A stretch of DNA of 64,000 nt from positions 32,001 through 96,000 of the IMG/VR virus record IMGVR_UViG_3300044960_000113. The stretch is one strand, 5' to 3'. The position numbers and the translations under genes are program-made. Below are positions 18,130 through 28,574 of the stretch, one piece after another. Source of the stretch: a virus. The first letter of the stretch is position 1, and every line of letters starts with the position of its first letter. The notes beneath the pieces were generated by a model that made no database searches, was not told the DNA's origin, and was given only the letters and a program-made list of their open reading frames with translations.

Positions 18130-18687
18130 TTATTCTTCACCATAAATTAATGGCCAACCAGTTAAATAATTATATGATAATGGATCTTGACTTGCATACA
18201 TGTTCGCTTTATGTTCTTCCGCTTTTGCAAAAATAAGCATATCTGCTTGAGCTACAGCACTAAATATTTGTTGTGCTAATGTTGGTGTCATTAGTACAAA
18301 TGATCCATCCATTGTTTTCCAATAAATATTAGAAGGCATATTTTGTCCAAGCAATACTAAACCTATATGTTGAATTCTAGAAGTATCATCTGTATGAAAC
18401 CATTTACCGTTAACTTTAACACCACCCATTTTTCTTCTATCTCTTTCTTGTTGTATTTTTCTCCACATATCTAATCTTATTTCAGCCAATTCTCTTGCTG
18501 CTATTTCTTCAGGCGACATTGGGCTAATAATATTATTTGTGTAAACCCAATTTGCTGGACCTACTTGTTTACATGCAGCTTCATCTGAAAATACGGGGTC
18601 AATGACCCAATCTTCTGCTGGTGTAAGCAATTCTGGGTTATCTGTTGTTTCCCAAATCCAAGTTTTTTTGTTAAAGCATAATGCCAT
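18130..18687 (-). CDS. DUF4376-domain tail fibre assembly-like protein
   Basis: RDRRKMGGVKVNGKWFHTD...WKTMDGSFVLMT...GWP; start moved to MALCF (ORF track 18741). Confidence 0.7.
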   Translation of the reverse strand: MALCFNKKTWIWETTDNPELLTPAEDWVIDPVFSDEAACKQVGPANWVYTNNIISPMSPEEIAARELAEIRLDMWRKIQQERDRRKMGGVKVNGKWFHTDDTSRIQHIGLVLLGQNMPSNIYWKTMDGSFVLMTPTLAQQIFSAVAQADMLIFAKAEEHKANMYASQDPLSYNYLTGWPLIYGEE

Positions 18688-18688
18688 A

Positions 18689-20368
18689 TTATAATAACTC
18701 CAATGTATGATAATGTTTAGTCCAAGTAATACCAGCACCATTAAATGTTACAGAAACGTCTAATGTTTGATTTGTGGCACTGTTTATAGAACCATTATTT
18801 CCAACAATCATAGCATTTGATGTTATTTCATCTGTTGCAATATCACCAGTAACACCAGTTGTAACTGCACCTGTTGAACCTATCATTATAACACCTATTA
18901 ATTTTTGTGATGTGGTTGAATTATTAGCAATTAATTCAAATTCAATATTCCATCCAGTTGTACTACCAGTTGCTAAAGCAGCACTTATATCAGAATATAA
19001 TGTTGTTCCACCATATGATATAGCTATTGTAACTGTTCTATTAGCACCTGACGCATTACTCCATCTTCCTGCTGATTTAAATCTTAATATTCTATCTGTT
19101 CCCAGTGTACCACCAGGTACATTAAAACTAAACATAGAATTAGGACCAGCTGTAGTGATAACAGTATCTACAACAGATTTATCTATAATTCCAATATTTC
19201 TAACCCAATTACTTGCACTATATACTTCTTCACATTCTAATGTTGTGTTATACCTTGTCATTCCAGCAACTGGTGTTGCAGGTCTATTAGCTGTGGTACC
19301 TGAAGGTTGTTGGAAAAAGTTTGTATCAATTGATGCTATTTCAGTGCCATTTACTTTCCATGAAAATCCTGTTGTTGCACCAGCTGTAGGACCTCTACCA
19401 CCAAATGTATTGCTATATAATGGTGCTGCATATGTACCTGATCCAATCACATTAAATTGGATATATGGTGGATCATCATCTTCATCAGTTAATCTAATAT
19501 TTGGTGTTGAACCATCATAATGATATGTAATCCAACCATTAATGCCTGGTGAATTTCTTTTAAAATATACCCTTTGGCCTTCTGATATTGCATTTCCATT
19601 AACTTGAATATAAACTGCGGCAGTTGAAGGATCATCACTTCCACCAATTCTTAATCTTTGTGTTTGATCTGCTCCAAGAATATCTAATCTATTGTTTGTA
19701 TTATCCCATAATAAATTGCTTGTTCCACCAAATGCTCCAGCATTATTAAATTGAACAGAATTAACAGGTGAAGCTGGGCTACCACTACCTCCACCTGATG
19801 CACTTATTGTTAAACTACCGGCAGAAGGTGTTATTGTAATATTTGTTCCAGCAACTAATGTTTTATATTCTAATCCTGTTCCGCTAGTGTTAACACCTAA
19901 TATTTGATTAGCTGTTCCAATAGTTGTTAATCCTGTACCACCTTTTGAAGTACTAATTGTTGTGGCGTTCCATGTACCTGTAGTAATTGTGCCAAGAGTA
20001 GTTATAGATGTTTGCCCTGGATAATTATTATCAATAGAGAGTGTTATATTATTGTTTGGACCACCATCTGTTATAGATATTTGATTTGCTGTACCTGTTA
20101 AAATTCTTTCATTTGGCAAGTTACCATCTGATGATACTGTGATATATGAAGAATTTAATGGAGCAGCAGAAGAAATTAATTTTTCCCAATTTGTATCTAA
20201 AACGTTTGTTTTTATATATAAAGAACCAGTATTTTGATTTAAATATAAAGAACCTACTGGAGATTCAAATCCACTTAATGATGGATCTAAACCTCCAGTA
20301 AAAATACCAACAGAATCATCTATGCTTATGCCATCATCAACTCTAAATAATGTATCTAAATTTGCCAT
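18689..20368 (-). CDS. Tail fibre-like virion structural protein
   Basis: G/T/S-rich, PVGSLYL, TWNATTISTSKGGTG, VQFNNAGAFGG fibre motifs. Confidence 0.65.
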   Translation of the reverse strand: MANLDTLFRVDDGISIDDSVGIFTGGLDPSLSGFESPVGSLYLNQNTGSLYIKTNVLDTNWEKLISSAAPLNSSYITVSSDGNLPNERILTGTANQISITDGGPNNNITLSIDNNYPGQTSITTLGTITTGTWNATTISTSKGGTGLTTIGTANQILGVNTSGTGLEYKTLVAGTNITITPSAGSLTISASGGGSGSPASPVNSVQFNNAGAFGGTSNLLWDNTNNRLDILGADQTQRLRIGGSDDPSTAAVYIQVNGNAISEGQRVYFKRNSPGINGWITYHYDGSTPNIRLTDEDDDPPYIQFNVIGSGTYAAPLYSNTFGGRGPTAGATTGFSWKVNGTEIASIDTNFFQQPSGTTANRPATPVAGMTRYNTTLECEEVYSASNWVRNIGIIDKSVVDTVITTAGPNSMFSFNVPGGTLGTDRILRFKSAGRWSNASGANRTVTIAISYGGTTLYSDISAALATGSTTGWNIEFELIANNSTTSQKLIGVIMIGSTGAVTTGVTGDIATDEITSNAMIVGNNGSINSATNQTLDVSVTFNGAGITWTKHYHTLELL

Positions 20369-20372
20369 ATTT

Positions 20373-21704
20373 TTATGATAATGTTGTTACTCTTCTAGCA
20401 ACGACATCGACAGATGTTGTAGATTGAACTCTTAGTCGTAAATCTGTACCACCTAATAAATCAACAGTAACATTTAGTCCAGAAATATTAGGACCTAATT
20501 TAAGAATTGCAAATTTAGTGAAATCAACATTTACACCATTATGTGTAGCAAATACTTTTGCTGCATATACTTTTGTTGGATCAGCGGTTTCAACAACTCT
20601 TATATCCCATTCTGCTAATTGAGATGGTACAGTATCTATTGTTGTTATAGAAGTTATACCACCAACAGTTATTTTTTTAGATATATTTGTTAATGAAGCA
20701 TCTAAATCGCTTATTGCTACATTAACTGCAGTTTCATCAGTAACATATGTTGTTGATGTATAATTAGGTGTACTATCTCCTACAACTTTTCCTAAATATG
20801 ATATTATTGAACCAACTTCAGAATCAAGTGCAGTGATATTAGCATTTACTTTATTAGATGCTAAAATAACTGTTCCATTTGAAACGTTTGATCCAAATTC
20901 AGTATCTAATTTATCAATTGCTGTTAATAAACTATCATTATTATTAATGAAATTATTTGCTGAATATGATGGTAAATTATTTCCTATTAATGTTTTACCA
21001 ATGAAAGCATTTTGATAACCATCTTCAGCATCTAATTTTCCAATAGCTGTTTCTAAACTATCACTATTTGCAACAATATTTGTTGAGCTATATGAAGGTG
21101 TTTCAGATCCTGGGCCTGATTTACCTATAAATGTACGAATATATCCATCTTCTGTAGCATCAGCAGAATTTATCCAAACCCAATCTGTTCCATTATATTG
21201 ATATGTTTTTCCAGCATTTGTTCCACCATTAACATAAACTGTGTCACCAGCTGTTTCTGTATTACTATCTTCTGTTAATGTCCAATTACCAGAAACACCA
21301 CCAACAATAAACACATTTTTATTACCGGTAACATTAGTTGCTAGAATGCGCATTCCAACCGTAACAGTGACACCTTGAATTAAATCATCTGTATCTAAAT
21401 CAGTTTTAATATCTGCTGTTGTTGATGATGTAGTATCTACAACATCAACAGGTTCTCTCCAAGATGTTCCAGTTGTTATATAATTTTGAACATACGTATG
21501 TGTTGCAAGTTGTGACCATTTATCTGTTCCTGATCCTGATGCAATTTTTACATAAAAATTACCAGTATCAATATCAGTATAATATGAACCACGTTGTGCT
21601 ATATCTGTATCTCCACCAGTTCCTGGCACACCAGAGCCAGTCAAGAATAAAGATGCACCATCTAATTCTAGACCTTTACTTATACGAAAAAATGATTCAC
21701 TCAT
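20373..21704 (-). CDS. Virion structural protein (fibre/baseplate-like)
   Basis: GSYYTDIDTGNFYVK, WREPV, repeated AIxKLDxE segments. Confidence 0.6.
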   Translation of the reverse strand: MSESFFRISKGLELDGASLFLTGSGVPGTGGDTDIAQRGSYYTDIDTGNFYVKIASGSGTDKWSQLATHTYVQNYITTGTSWREPVDVVDTTSSTTADIKTDLDTDDLIQGVTVTVGMRILATNVTGNKNVFIVGGVSGNWTLTEDSNTETAGDTVYVNGGTNAGKTYQYNGTDWVWINSADATEDGYIRTFIGKSGPGSETPSYSSTNIVANSDSLETAIGKLDAEDGYQNAFIGKTLIGNNLPSYSANNFINNNDSLLTAIDKLDTEFGSNVSNGTVILASNKVNANITALDSEVGSIISYLGKVVGDSTPNYTSTTYVTDETAVNVAISDLDASLTNISKKITVGGITSITTIDTVPSQLAEWDIRVVETADPTKVYAAKVFATHNGVNVDFTKFAILKLGPNISGLNVTVDLLGGTDLRLRVQSTTSVDVVARRVTTLS

Positions 21705-21745
21705 AATTATCTCCTCTTTAAAAATTTTTTAATCAAAATATATTT

Positions 21746-22387
21746 TTATAAATATTCTATTCTAAGTATATTTATAGATAATGTATTTACATCATTATTT
21801 GTTATTTTTATATTAATATTATTTCCACTTTGAAATACTTCAATTGTGTAAGATATATTATCACCAATTTTTCCATAAACATTATAATATGGTGATAATA
21901 ATGGTGATCTATATGCTATTAACATTTCAAACATAGAAATGTTATTATTAACTATATCTTTAATTGTTATTAACCATTTTCCTGATCTTTTTTCTAATGT
22001 TGTTTGATACGTGTCAGCGATAACAAAATTTCCTGGTGTACATAGTAAATTTCTAGTTGTTTTTCCAGGAATTCTAAACCGTTCAAATTTATTATAACCT
22101 TCAGCAGTTTGTCTATGATCTACGAAATCGTCAGTTGTCCAGCTTTGTGGAGTTGTTCCTTCATATCCACGTTGTCCAATTGTAAATACATCTCCAACTC
22201 TATTAACTATTTTAACTATTTCTAATTTTGTAGCATTTGTATCTTCCAATGTTACTAAAAAATAATCATCAGAATTTACAATATTAGGAAAATAATTACC
22301 TGTTCCAGGTAATACGGTTAATGTCATATCTGTATCAGATATATTTTGATTTAATTTTGATATTGCATTATTTGTCCAAAGTTGCAT
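21746..22387 (-). CDS. Virion structural protein
   Basis: TNNAISKL...EIVKI...QRGYEGTT motif typical of phage tail proteins. Confidence 0.55.
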   Translation of the reverse strand: MQLWTNNAISKLNQNISDTDMTLTVLPGTGNYFPNIVNSDDYFLVTLEDTNATKLEIVKIVNRVGDVFTIGQRGYEGTTPQSWTTDDFVDHRQTAEGYNKFERFRIPGKTTRNLLCTPGNFVIADTYQTTLEKRSGKWLITIKDIVNNNISMFEMLIAYRSPLLSPYYNVYGKIGDNISYTIEVFQSGNNINIKITNNDVNTLSINILRIEYL

Positions 22388-22628
22388 TATTTTTCTCTTT
22401 TATAAAAGGTCTGATATGTTCAATATGCCCATTAAATTCTTTTAATAATGATTTTATTTTTTCAACTGTTGTTGGTTTAATTTTGTTAATTTTTTCTTCA
22501 AATAGATTAACATAATCAAATGGAATAAGTATATCAACCTGTTCCAATCCAATATCAATACTATATGATTGATATTTTATTTTTGGTTTATCATTTTCTA
22601 ACGAATTTAAAAAATTTAATGAATTCAT
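22368..22628 (-). CDS. Hypothetical protein
   Basis: ORF track; coupled to neighbours. Confidence 0.55.
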   Translation of the reverse strand: MNSLNFLNSLENDKPKIKYQSYSIDIGLEQVDILIPFDYVNLFEEKINKIKPTTVEKIKSLLKEFNGHIEHIRPFIKEKNNATLDK

Positions 22629-23119
22629 CCTTTATATCCTCTATAATCATCATATATTTTCAAAAATTTTTTTCTATCGAAAAAATCATCACCAATAGCA
22701 CGTTTAATATCTAAAATATCAGATAATCTATAGTATTTGTCATCATCTCCTTTTATTAAAAGACCTTTTCCAAGACCTTCAGCTTTATTATGAAGACTTA
22801 ATTTCTCAACTTTAACTAAATTATTTTCATCGATATCTGAATTGTCAACAACAATCAAATCGTTTGGCTGTGGCAAATGAATTTTACGTTTAATGTTTCC
22901 ATATGCAAAAAATACTTTTTGGGACGGTATATAATCAACTCTTACATCATTAATAGTTTCAATATCAAAAAAATAAATAGCAACACTTGGTTTTCTAATT
23001 CCTGTATGTACATATACTGCTGGTTTTAATTTATAATTAGTATATGAAATGACAGATAATGGTTTTCTATCACTATCTTTTATTGTAATTTTGTCCCCAG
23101 CAATAGGAACTATTAACAT
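22625..23119 (-). CDS. Hypothetical protein
   Basis: ORF track; GGAG RBS. Confidence 0.65.
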   Translation of the reverse strand: MLIVPIAGDKITIKDSDRKPLSVISYTNYKLKPAVYVHTGIRKPSVAIYFFDIETINDVRVDYIPSQKVFFAYGNIKRKIHLPQPNDLIVVDNSDIDENNLVKVEKLSLHNKAEGLGKGLLIKGDDDKYYRLSDILDIKRAIGDDFFDRKKFLKIYDDYRGYKG

Positions 23120-23131
23120 TTTTAATCTCCA

Positions 23132-23326
23132 TTATTTTATGTTTAAGTCATCAATTTCGTCTTCAAGTTCTTCTTCAAAAACATTATTAAGATATTTTTT
23201 AAAATTAATCTTTTGATGTCTTTTTGCTTGATAATCTATTGTTTCATTATATGTTTTCTTTTTATTTTTTTTAAAAGATTTACACCTAGATGTTTTCATA
23301 AATATATCTTCAATTTTTTTTGACAC
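23132..23326 (-). CDS. Hypothetical protein
   Basis: 64-aa ORF, GTG start with GAGGT RBS. Confidence 0.5.
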   Translation of the reverse strand: MSKKIEDIFMKTSRCKSFKKNKKKTYNETIDYQAKRHQKINFKKYLNNVFEEELEDEIDDLNIK

Positions 23327-23365
23327 TTGTAATTTACCTCCTTTATAAAAATTTAATTAAATTAT

Positions 23366-24304
23366 TTATATTTTTAATGCAACTCTAACATGTTCTCTTG
23401 ATATTCTATAAATATCAATATTTTTTTCATTTAATGTTAATAATTTTATTGCTTTTTTATTATTTGTATTTAGAAATAAAAATGGATGATCTACTATTTT
23501 GCTATTTAAAATATCATTTTTCCAAATATCTATAATTGTTTGAATATTTGTTATTTTATTTTTATTAAATTTTGGTTCATATGTCATACTTAATTTCTTA
23601 AGTTTTGGTAATGCATCTTTATTATTAATATTTGTTATTTTTTTATCATCTATCGATGTAAAAATATCACCTTTTCTTGTCATTTCTAATTCAATTTTTA
23701 TATCATTATTTTTATAGAGTGACTTATCATTTAAATCTATTTTTTTCCATTTTTCTAACGTCGATGATGAAATTTCACCAGGTTGATCTTCTTTATATCC
23801 AGGTGGAAAATTTCCTGTAATTTTTTTATAATTTTTAACAAAATTCATTAAATTTGTAAAAAAATGAATATTTGCTTTATTTGCTTCTGTTCCAAATTTA
23901 AAATCATTTATATAACCGTTTTTTGATATATTTTGAACACCTTTAACTTCAGCAATAGGTTTACCATTTTTTGTAATAAGATCAACTGAAGATTGTGTTC
24001 CACCTAAATATATATCATCAAATATAAAATAAAGCAATATTTCTCCGGGACCAGTTGTCCTAGAAACAGTTAAATTGAAAAGAGCATTTGTTAAATTAGG
24101 ATAATCATTTATCCAGTCATTATAATCATCTACTATATTTTTTATTGATTTTTTAAATTTTATATTAGTATCAGTATTTCCTATTTCTGTCAATATTTTT
24201 TCTCTACCTATATCTTTATTCGATTTTGGTAATAAATCAGATTCTGTTAACTTGGGCATTAAAAATTTGTTTTCTTTTTCTAATAAAAAATCACTAAATT
24301 TCAT
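23366..24304 (-). CDS. Putative PD-(D/E)XK nuclease-fold protein with MKFSDFLLE leader
   Basis: GPGE...SVDL...AEVKG; start moved to MKFSDF (ORF track 24358); TATAAATA at 24366-24373. Confidence 0.5.
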   Translation of the reverse strand: MKFSDFLLEKENKFLMPKLTESDLLPKSNKDIGREKILTEIGNTDTNIKFKKSIKNIVDDYNDWINDYPNLTNALFNLTVSRTTGPGEILLYFIFDDIYLGGTQSSVDLITKNGKPIAEVKGVQNISKNGYINDFKFGTEANKANIHFFTNLMNFVKNYKKITGNFPPGYKEDQPGEISSSTLEKWKKIDLNDKSLYKNNDIKIELEMTRKGDIFTSIDDKKITNINNKDALPKLKKLSMTYEPKFNKNKITNIQTIIDIWKNDILNSKIVDHPFLFLNTNNKKAIKLLTLNEKNIDIYRISREHVRVALKI

Positions 24305-24391
24305 TTTTATGAAATGATTTATAAAATATTCTCTATATTTAATAATTGTTGTTAACAATATATTTTATTTATAAAAAAGAGAATATTTTAT

Positions 24392-24847
24392 TTATATTTG
24401 TTCATCTTCTTTAAGAACCCAAACATAACTTTCATGCCCGTTTATTTCTTCTTCTATAATATTTTTGACTATATTCCAATCACCACCGCCTAATCCACAC
24501 CCAATTTTTGGAAAATGAATAGGAATATTATCAATTGCAGCTAAAGGATATATTTTTTCAAATGCTTTTCTAACCGCGTCATAATTAACATATCTTTTAT
24601 CTCTACCATAATTTTCTTGGGTTATTGCATTACAAATAATTTTGTTATATGAAATAAAATAGAATTGAACTTCTCCTAAATTAAATCCTGATCGTCTTTC
24701 CCATTCATCTCTATAAAGTTTATATGCTTCAGGATACTTTCGTTTTATTGATAATGCTAAACCTGCACCCCATACACCTTGATTGTTACAACCATGCACT
24801 ATAATACCATTCTCTACATTTAAAATATTACCAACTCTTTTTTCCAT
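24392..24847 (-). CDS. Macro-domain (ADP-ribose processing, T4 Tk.4-like) protein
   Basis: GNIL, VHGCN-x-QGVWGAGLA, FPKIGCGLGGGDW. Confidence 0.85.
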   Translation of the reverse strand: MEKRVGNILNVENGIIVHGCNNQGVWGAGLALSIKRKYPEAYKLYRDEWERRSGFNLGEVQFYFISYNKIICNAITQENYGRDKRYVNYDAVRKAFEKIYPLAAIDNIPIHFPKIGCGLGGGDWNIVKNIIEEEINGHESYVWVLKEDEQI

Positions 24848-24852
24848 AATTT

Positions 24853-25215
24853 TTACCTATTATTTTTTAATATTATTTCTTTCTCTAAAATATCAAAAAT
24901 TAATTTTTCCATTTGCACAAACTTGTCCAAATTATTATCTTTTGTTAAATCATAATTTTCATAATTGACATTTATTTCAATTTCGTTTGGATCAGTTTTT
25001 CCATTCCATGTTCCAATGAAATTAAAATTTTTAAATACGCCTAATGAAACTGTTAGATTACCAGAATCGTCTTCATCTACTTCCCAACTAAATTCTGGGC
25101 AATTATATTCCATGACCATATCGTTTGTATCAAATAATGTTTTCAACATTATAGAAGTTTTTATAAATAATGCTGATACTAATTTAAATGTGAAATTATT
25201 TTGAATAGTGTACAT
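24853..25215 (-). CDS. Hypothetical protein
   Basis: ORF track. Confidence 0.6.
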   Translation of the reverse strand: MYTIQNNFTFKLVSALFIKTSIMLKTLFDTNDMVMEYNCPEFSWEVDEDDSGNLTVSLGVFKNFNFIGTWNGKTDPNEIEINVNYENYDLTKDNNLDKFVQMEKLIFDILEKEIILKNNR

Positions 25216-25249
25216 ATTTTATATTTCCCCTTATATAAAAAATATATTT

Positions 25250-26158
25250 TTATATAGCCATAGGTGCTTTAATTTGTTCATCACAAACATAATCTATCAA
25301 TTTAATATCATCAATTGAAAATGAATCTATATCTGTAATATTTTCATTCAGATATAATTTTGGTAATTTGTGTGGTTTTCTGGTCAATTGTTCATTGATT
25401 GCATCTAAATGATTATGATAAATGTGAATATCTCCACCTATCCAAATAAATTCACCAACGTTTAAATTTGTAACATGCGCAATCATATGTGTTAACAATG
25501 CATATGAAGCTATATTAAATGGTAAACCTATAAATACATCAACTGATCGTTGATACATTTGGCAAGATAGTTTATTGTTTGAAACATAAAATTGTGACAT
25601 TACATGACATGGTGGCAATGCCATTTCTTCAATTTCAGCAGGATTCCAAGCTGTTAAAATCATTCTTCTATCATATGGATCGGTTTTAATTTTATTAATT
25701 ATATTTTTAATTTGATCAATATATTCTATAGCATATGATTTATAATAATTAAAAGAATCTATCCCTAGCATTGACCACATATCATCTGGTTTAATATATT
25801 TTTTCCATTTTCTCCATTGAACTCCATAAATTCTACCAACATCTCCATCGAATTTTGCTTTTGGTTTCCAGTAATCGGCTTGTGCATTTGCAGTCCATAT
25901 TGTCGTTTTTTCTTTATCACGAGTATTATGAAGTATTTCAGCTAATCGTCTTTCATCATCTGATCCTTCTAAGAACCAAAGAAGTTCAGATACTACAGCT
26001 TTCCATGCTAATTTTTTAGTCGTAATTGCTGGAAATCCATCTTCTAAATTAAATCGCATTTGGTAACCAAATATACCACGAGTATCTATACCAGTTCTAT
26101 TTGGTCTATCCTCACCATTTTTTAAAATATACTCACAAAGATCTAAATATTGTTTCAT
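25250..26158 (-). CDS. thyA: Thymidylate synthase
   Basis: RTGIDT, LPPCH (catalytic Cys), QRSVD...PFNIASY, GDIHIY. Confidence 0.97.
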   Translation of the reverse strand: MKQYLDLCEYILKNGEDRPNRTGIDTRGIFGYQMRFNLEDGFPAITTKKLAWKAVVSELLWFLEGSDDERRLAEILHNTRDKEKTTIWTANAQADYWKPKAKFDGDVGRIYGVQWRKWKKYIKPDDMWSMLGIDSFNYYKSYAIEYIDQIKNIINKIKTDPYDRRMILTAWNPAEIEEMALPPCHVMSQFYVSNNKLSCQMYQRSVDVFIGLPFNIASYALLTHMIAHVTNLNVGEFIWIGGDIHIYHNHLDAINEQLTRKPHKLPKLYLNENITDIDSFSIDDIKLIDYVCDEQIKAPMAI

Positions 26159-26164
26159 AATTAT

Positions 26165-26623
26165 TTATGCTCCGGTTGAACCAAAACCACCACTTCCTCT
26201 GTTAGAAGCTATAGCTATTTGTGTGTATAAATCTTCTTCTGATACTTCAATTATTTGAGGTTTAACTATAGGAAATAAAATAGCTTGGGCTATTTTATCA
26301 CCGGGAACAATCCAACGACTTTCAAGTCCAACATTATGAAGATCAATATGCACTTCTCCTGAATATCCACAGTCTATTACCTGTGCACCTATTAATAATT
26401 CTTTTTTAGCTGCTATACCAGATTTATTCATAAAAATTAAAGCATATCCAAATGGAACTTCTACTTTAATTCCAGATGGTATAAGAACATTTTTACCAGA
26501 TAATAATTCAAAAGGCTTGCCTTTGTTAAAATCATCTGGTATAAAAAAATCTAATCCTGCATCAGATGGATTTGCTCTCACTGGTGTTTTTACATTTCTC
26601 ATTTTAGATATTTTTATGTACAT
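26165..26623 (-). CDS. dut: Trimeric dUTPase
   Basis: DAGLD, KSG, VIDCGYSGEV, RGSGGFGSTG. Confidence 0.95.
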   Translation of the reverse strand: MYIKISKMRNVKTPVRANPSDAGLDFFIPDDFNKGKPFELLSGKNVLIPSGIKVEVPFGYALIFMNKSGIAAKKELLIGAQVIDCGYSGEVHIDLHNVGLESRWIVPGDKIAQAILFPIVKPQIIEVSEEDLYTQIAIASNRGSGGFGSTGA

Positions 26624-27177
26624 TTTTTTATTTTCTCCTTTATTATGTAAAAAGCTTTTAATAAAATAAAAAATGATTCATGATAATGAAAACCGAATCC
26701 ATTTCTTGGTGTTTTATCTGAATTGCCAGCAACATTTAAGATAGAAATTTTATTATCTAAAACAAACTTAATTATTTTCGATATTTCGTCTTCTCTATTG
26801 TTATTTGGATCAATATTTAATGATATATCAAGATATGGTTTCTTAAACTTATTTATCGCGTCAAGAGTGCAAATTTCACCAGGAGAACTAAAATTAGATG
26901 CTAAACGAATGGTACCATCACTATCTCTAACGTTAGCATATGTTCGTTCTTTATATCCACCAGAGTGTTCAACAAGATTAAATGATTTTAAAAATTCTTC
27001 TTGTGGGCCAACACATGTTTTCCAATTTTTAGGAGCCCATCCACCAGTTAATAATCCAACATCTTTTGCTGCCTGAAGAGCTGCTTGATCTACACCACAT
27101 TGCCCACCAGAAATTATTTTTTCCAATCCTTTATAATCAAATTTTATTGTGTTCATTGTAGACTTTATCCATATCAT
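26614..27177 (-). CDS. SLOG-superfamily putative molybdenum carrier-like protein
   Basis: IISGGQCGVDQAAL, TGGWAP, RTYANVRDSDGT, LNVAGN. Confidence 0.75.
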   Translation of the reverse strand: MIWIKSTMNTIKFDYKGLEKIISGGQCGVDQAALQAAKDVGLLTGGWAPKNWKTCVGPQEEFLKSFNLVEHSGGYKERTYANVRDSDGTIRLASNFSSPGEICTLDAINKFKKPYLDISLNIDPNNNREDEISKIIKFVLDNKISILNVAGNSDKTPRNGFGFHYHESFFILLKAFYIIKEKIKKCT

Positions 27178-27424
27178 AACTTATCCAAATAGTAATTTCC
27201 TAAACCGTCTATATATCCTCTATCACCTTGAAAATCTATATCAAAACGTTTTCATTATTTTCCGGACTTTTTACAAACTCCATTGTTCTTCTATTCTTTT
27301 CGTTCACTATTAATGCCCATAACATCATTATCAAAAATTATAACATAAAAATAGAGATGATATCATCTGTAAATATAGTTATTCCTATTAATAAAAAACA
27401 CATAATTAAAAATATAAATTGCAT
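27174..27424 (-). pseudogene. Possible decayed small membrane-protein gene (one frameshift, four in-frame stops)
   Basis: GGAGG RBS plus ATG at 27424 (MQFIFLIMCFLLIGITI); shifted frame YR*YHLYF...RKE*KNNG...SGK**KRFDIDFQGDRGYIDGLGNYYLDKL*, ending in an ATGA overlap with the next gene. Confidence 0.4.
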
Positions 27425-27425
27425 A

Positions 27426-28235
27426 TTATTCCTCCAAAATTTGTTTAATTTTTCTAATTTTATCATCTGTTATTTTTGGCATTATTGGATTTATACGTAC
27501 AAGCATATCACCTCTTCCAATATCTTTTTTAGGATATCCAAGCCCTGGCATCTTTAATATTTTACCAATTTGTGTATTTTGTGGTATTTTAAGTTCAAAA
27601 TTTTTGTTGAAAATATCAGTAACTATTACTGTTCCACCACATAACATCGTCAAAAAATCTACATTTTTTATTACTAATATATCACCATTTTCTGTTAAAT
27701 TAAAATTTTCATTAGATTCAGATATTATTTGTATTTTTAAAATATAAACTACATTTTTTATATTTTTTGACGGAATTTGTATGGTTTCATTTGGGAATAT
27801 TCCACGTGGAATATAAACGTCTTCTAAAATTTCACCTATAGGAGTATCAATAGTTTTTGTAACTCCATTTGCTATTTCTTCAATTGTTAATGGTATTGTA
27901 ATAATTACAGGTTTTTTAAAATTATCGTAAAAATGGTTTCTAAAATGGAAATTCATCATTTTATATAAATCATCTATATTATTAATATCAATAGTATCAT
28001 CAAATGTAAAATGTTGACGATTGAATCCTCTATTTTGATAATGTTGATGTCTAAATTTTTCTGGTTCAGTTATTCTCTCATATGCCTCTTTTACTTCTTT
28101 AAATTTTTCTTCAGCATTTTTATCTCCAGCATTTTTATCTGGATGATATTTATTTGCAAGTTTCCTATATGCTTTTTTGACATCCTCTGGAGATGCTCCA
28201 GGAGAAAGTCCTAAAACTTCATATGGATTTTTCAT
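27426..28235 (-). CDS. dnaJ: DnaJ-family co-chaperone (no zinc finger; class B/CbpA-like)
   Basis: PYEVLG...[15 protein letters not shown]-domain; C-terminal domain with GLGYP...GDMLV. Confidence 0.85.
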   Translation of the reverse strand: MKNPYEVLGLSPGASPEDVKKAYRKLANKYHPDKNAGDKNAEEKFKEVKEAYERITEPEKFRHQHYQNRGFNRQHFTFDDTIDINNIDDLYKMMNFHFRNHFYDNFKKPVIITIPLTIEEIANGVTKTIDTPIGEILEDVYIPRGIFPNETIQIPSKNIKNVVYILKIQIISESNENFNLTENGDILVIKNVDFLTMLCGGTVIVTDIFNKNFELKIPQNTQIGKILKMPGLGYPKKDIGRGDMLVRINPIMPKITDDKIRKIKQILEE

Positions 28236-28288
28236 TTTTTCCTCATGTTATAATATCTTTTTAAAATCATATCACACAACATATTTTG

Positions 28289-28525
28289 TTATTTTTTCCT
28301 TTTACGTGATGATGTCTTTTTAGTGTATTTAACACCAAAATTTATATGATCTTTACCTTTAGTGACAACAAATTTAAATAATCTACTTCTTTTACCACTA
28401 TCGTGTTCAATCAATGCATCTGGATCTAATTCATTTCGTTTTAACTTTGCTGTTTGTTTGTCACTAAATGGACCAGCAACAATTTTTTTAGAATTTGCTT
28501 CTCTCACATTAAAAAGTTCTTTCAT
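28289..28525 (-). CDS. Hypothetical basic protein
   Basis: ORF track; AAGGA RBS. Confidence 0.6.
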   Translation of the reverse strand: MKELFNVREANSKKIVAGPFSDKQTAKLKRNELDPDALIEHDSGKRSRLFKFVVTKGKDHINFGVKYTKKTSSRKRKK

Positions 28526-28574
28526 AAAATTATATTCCTTTCATTTAGTATGGTTGTATTATTTCATTTATATA

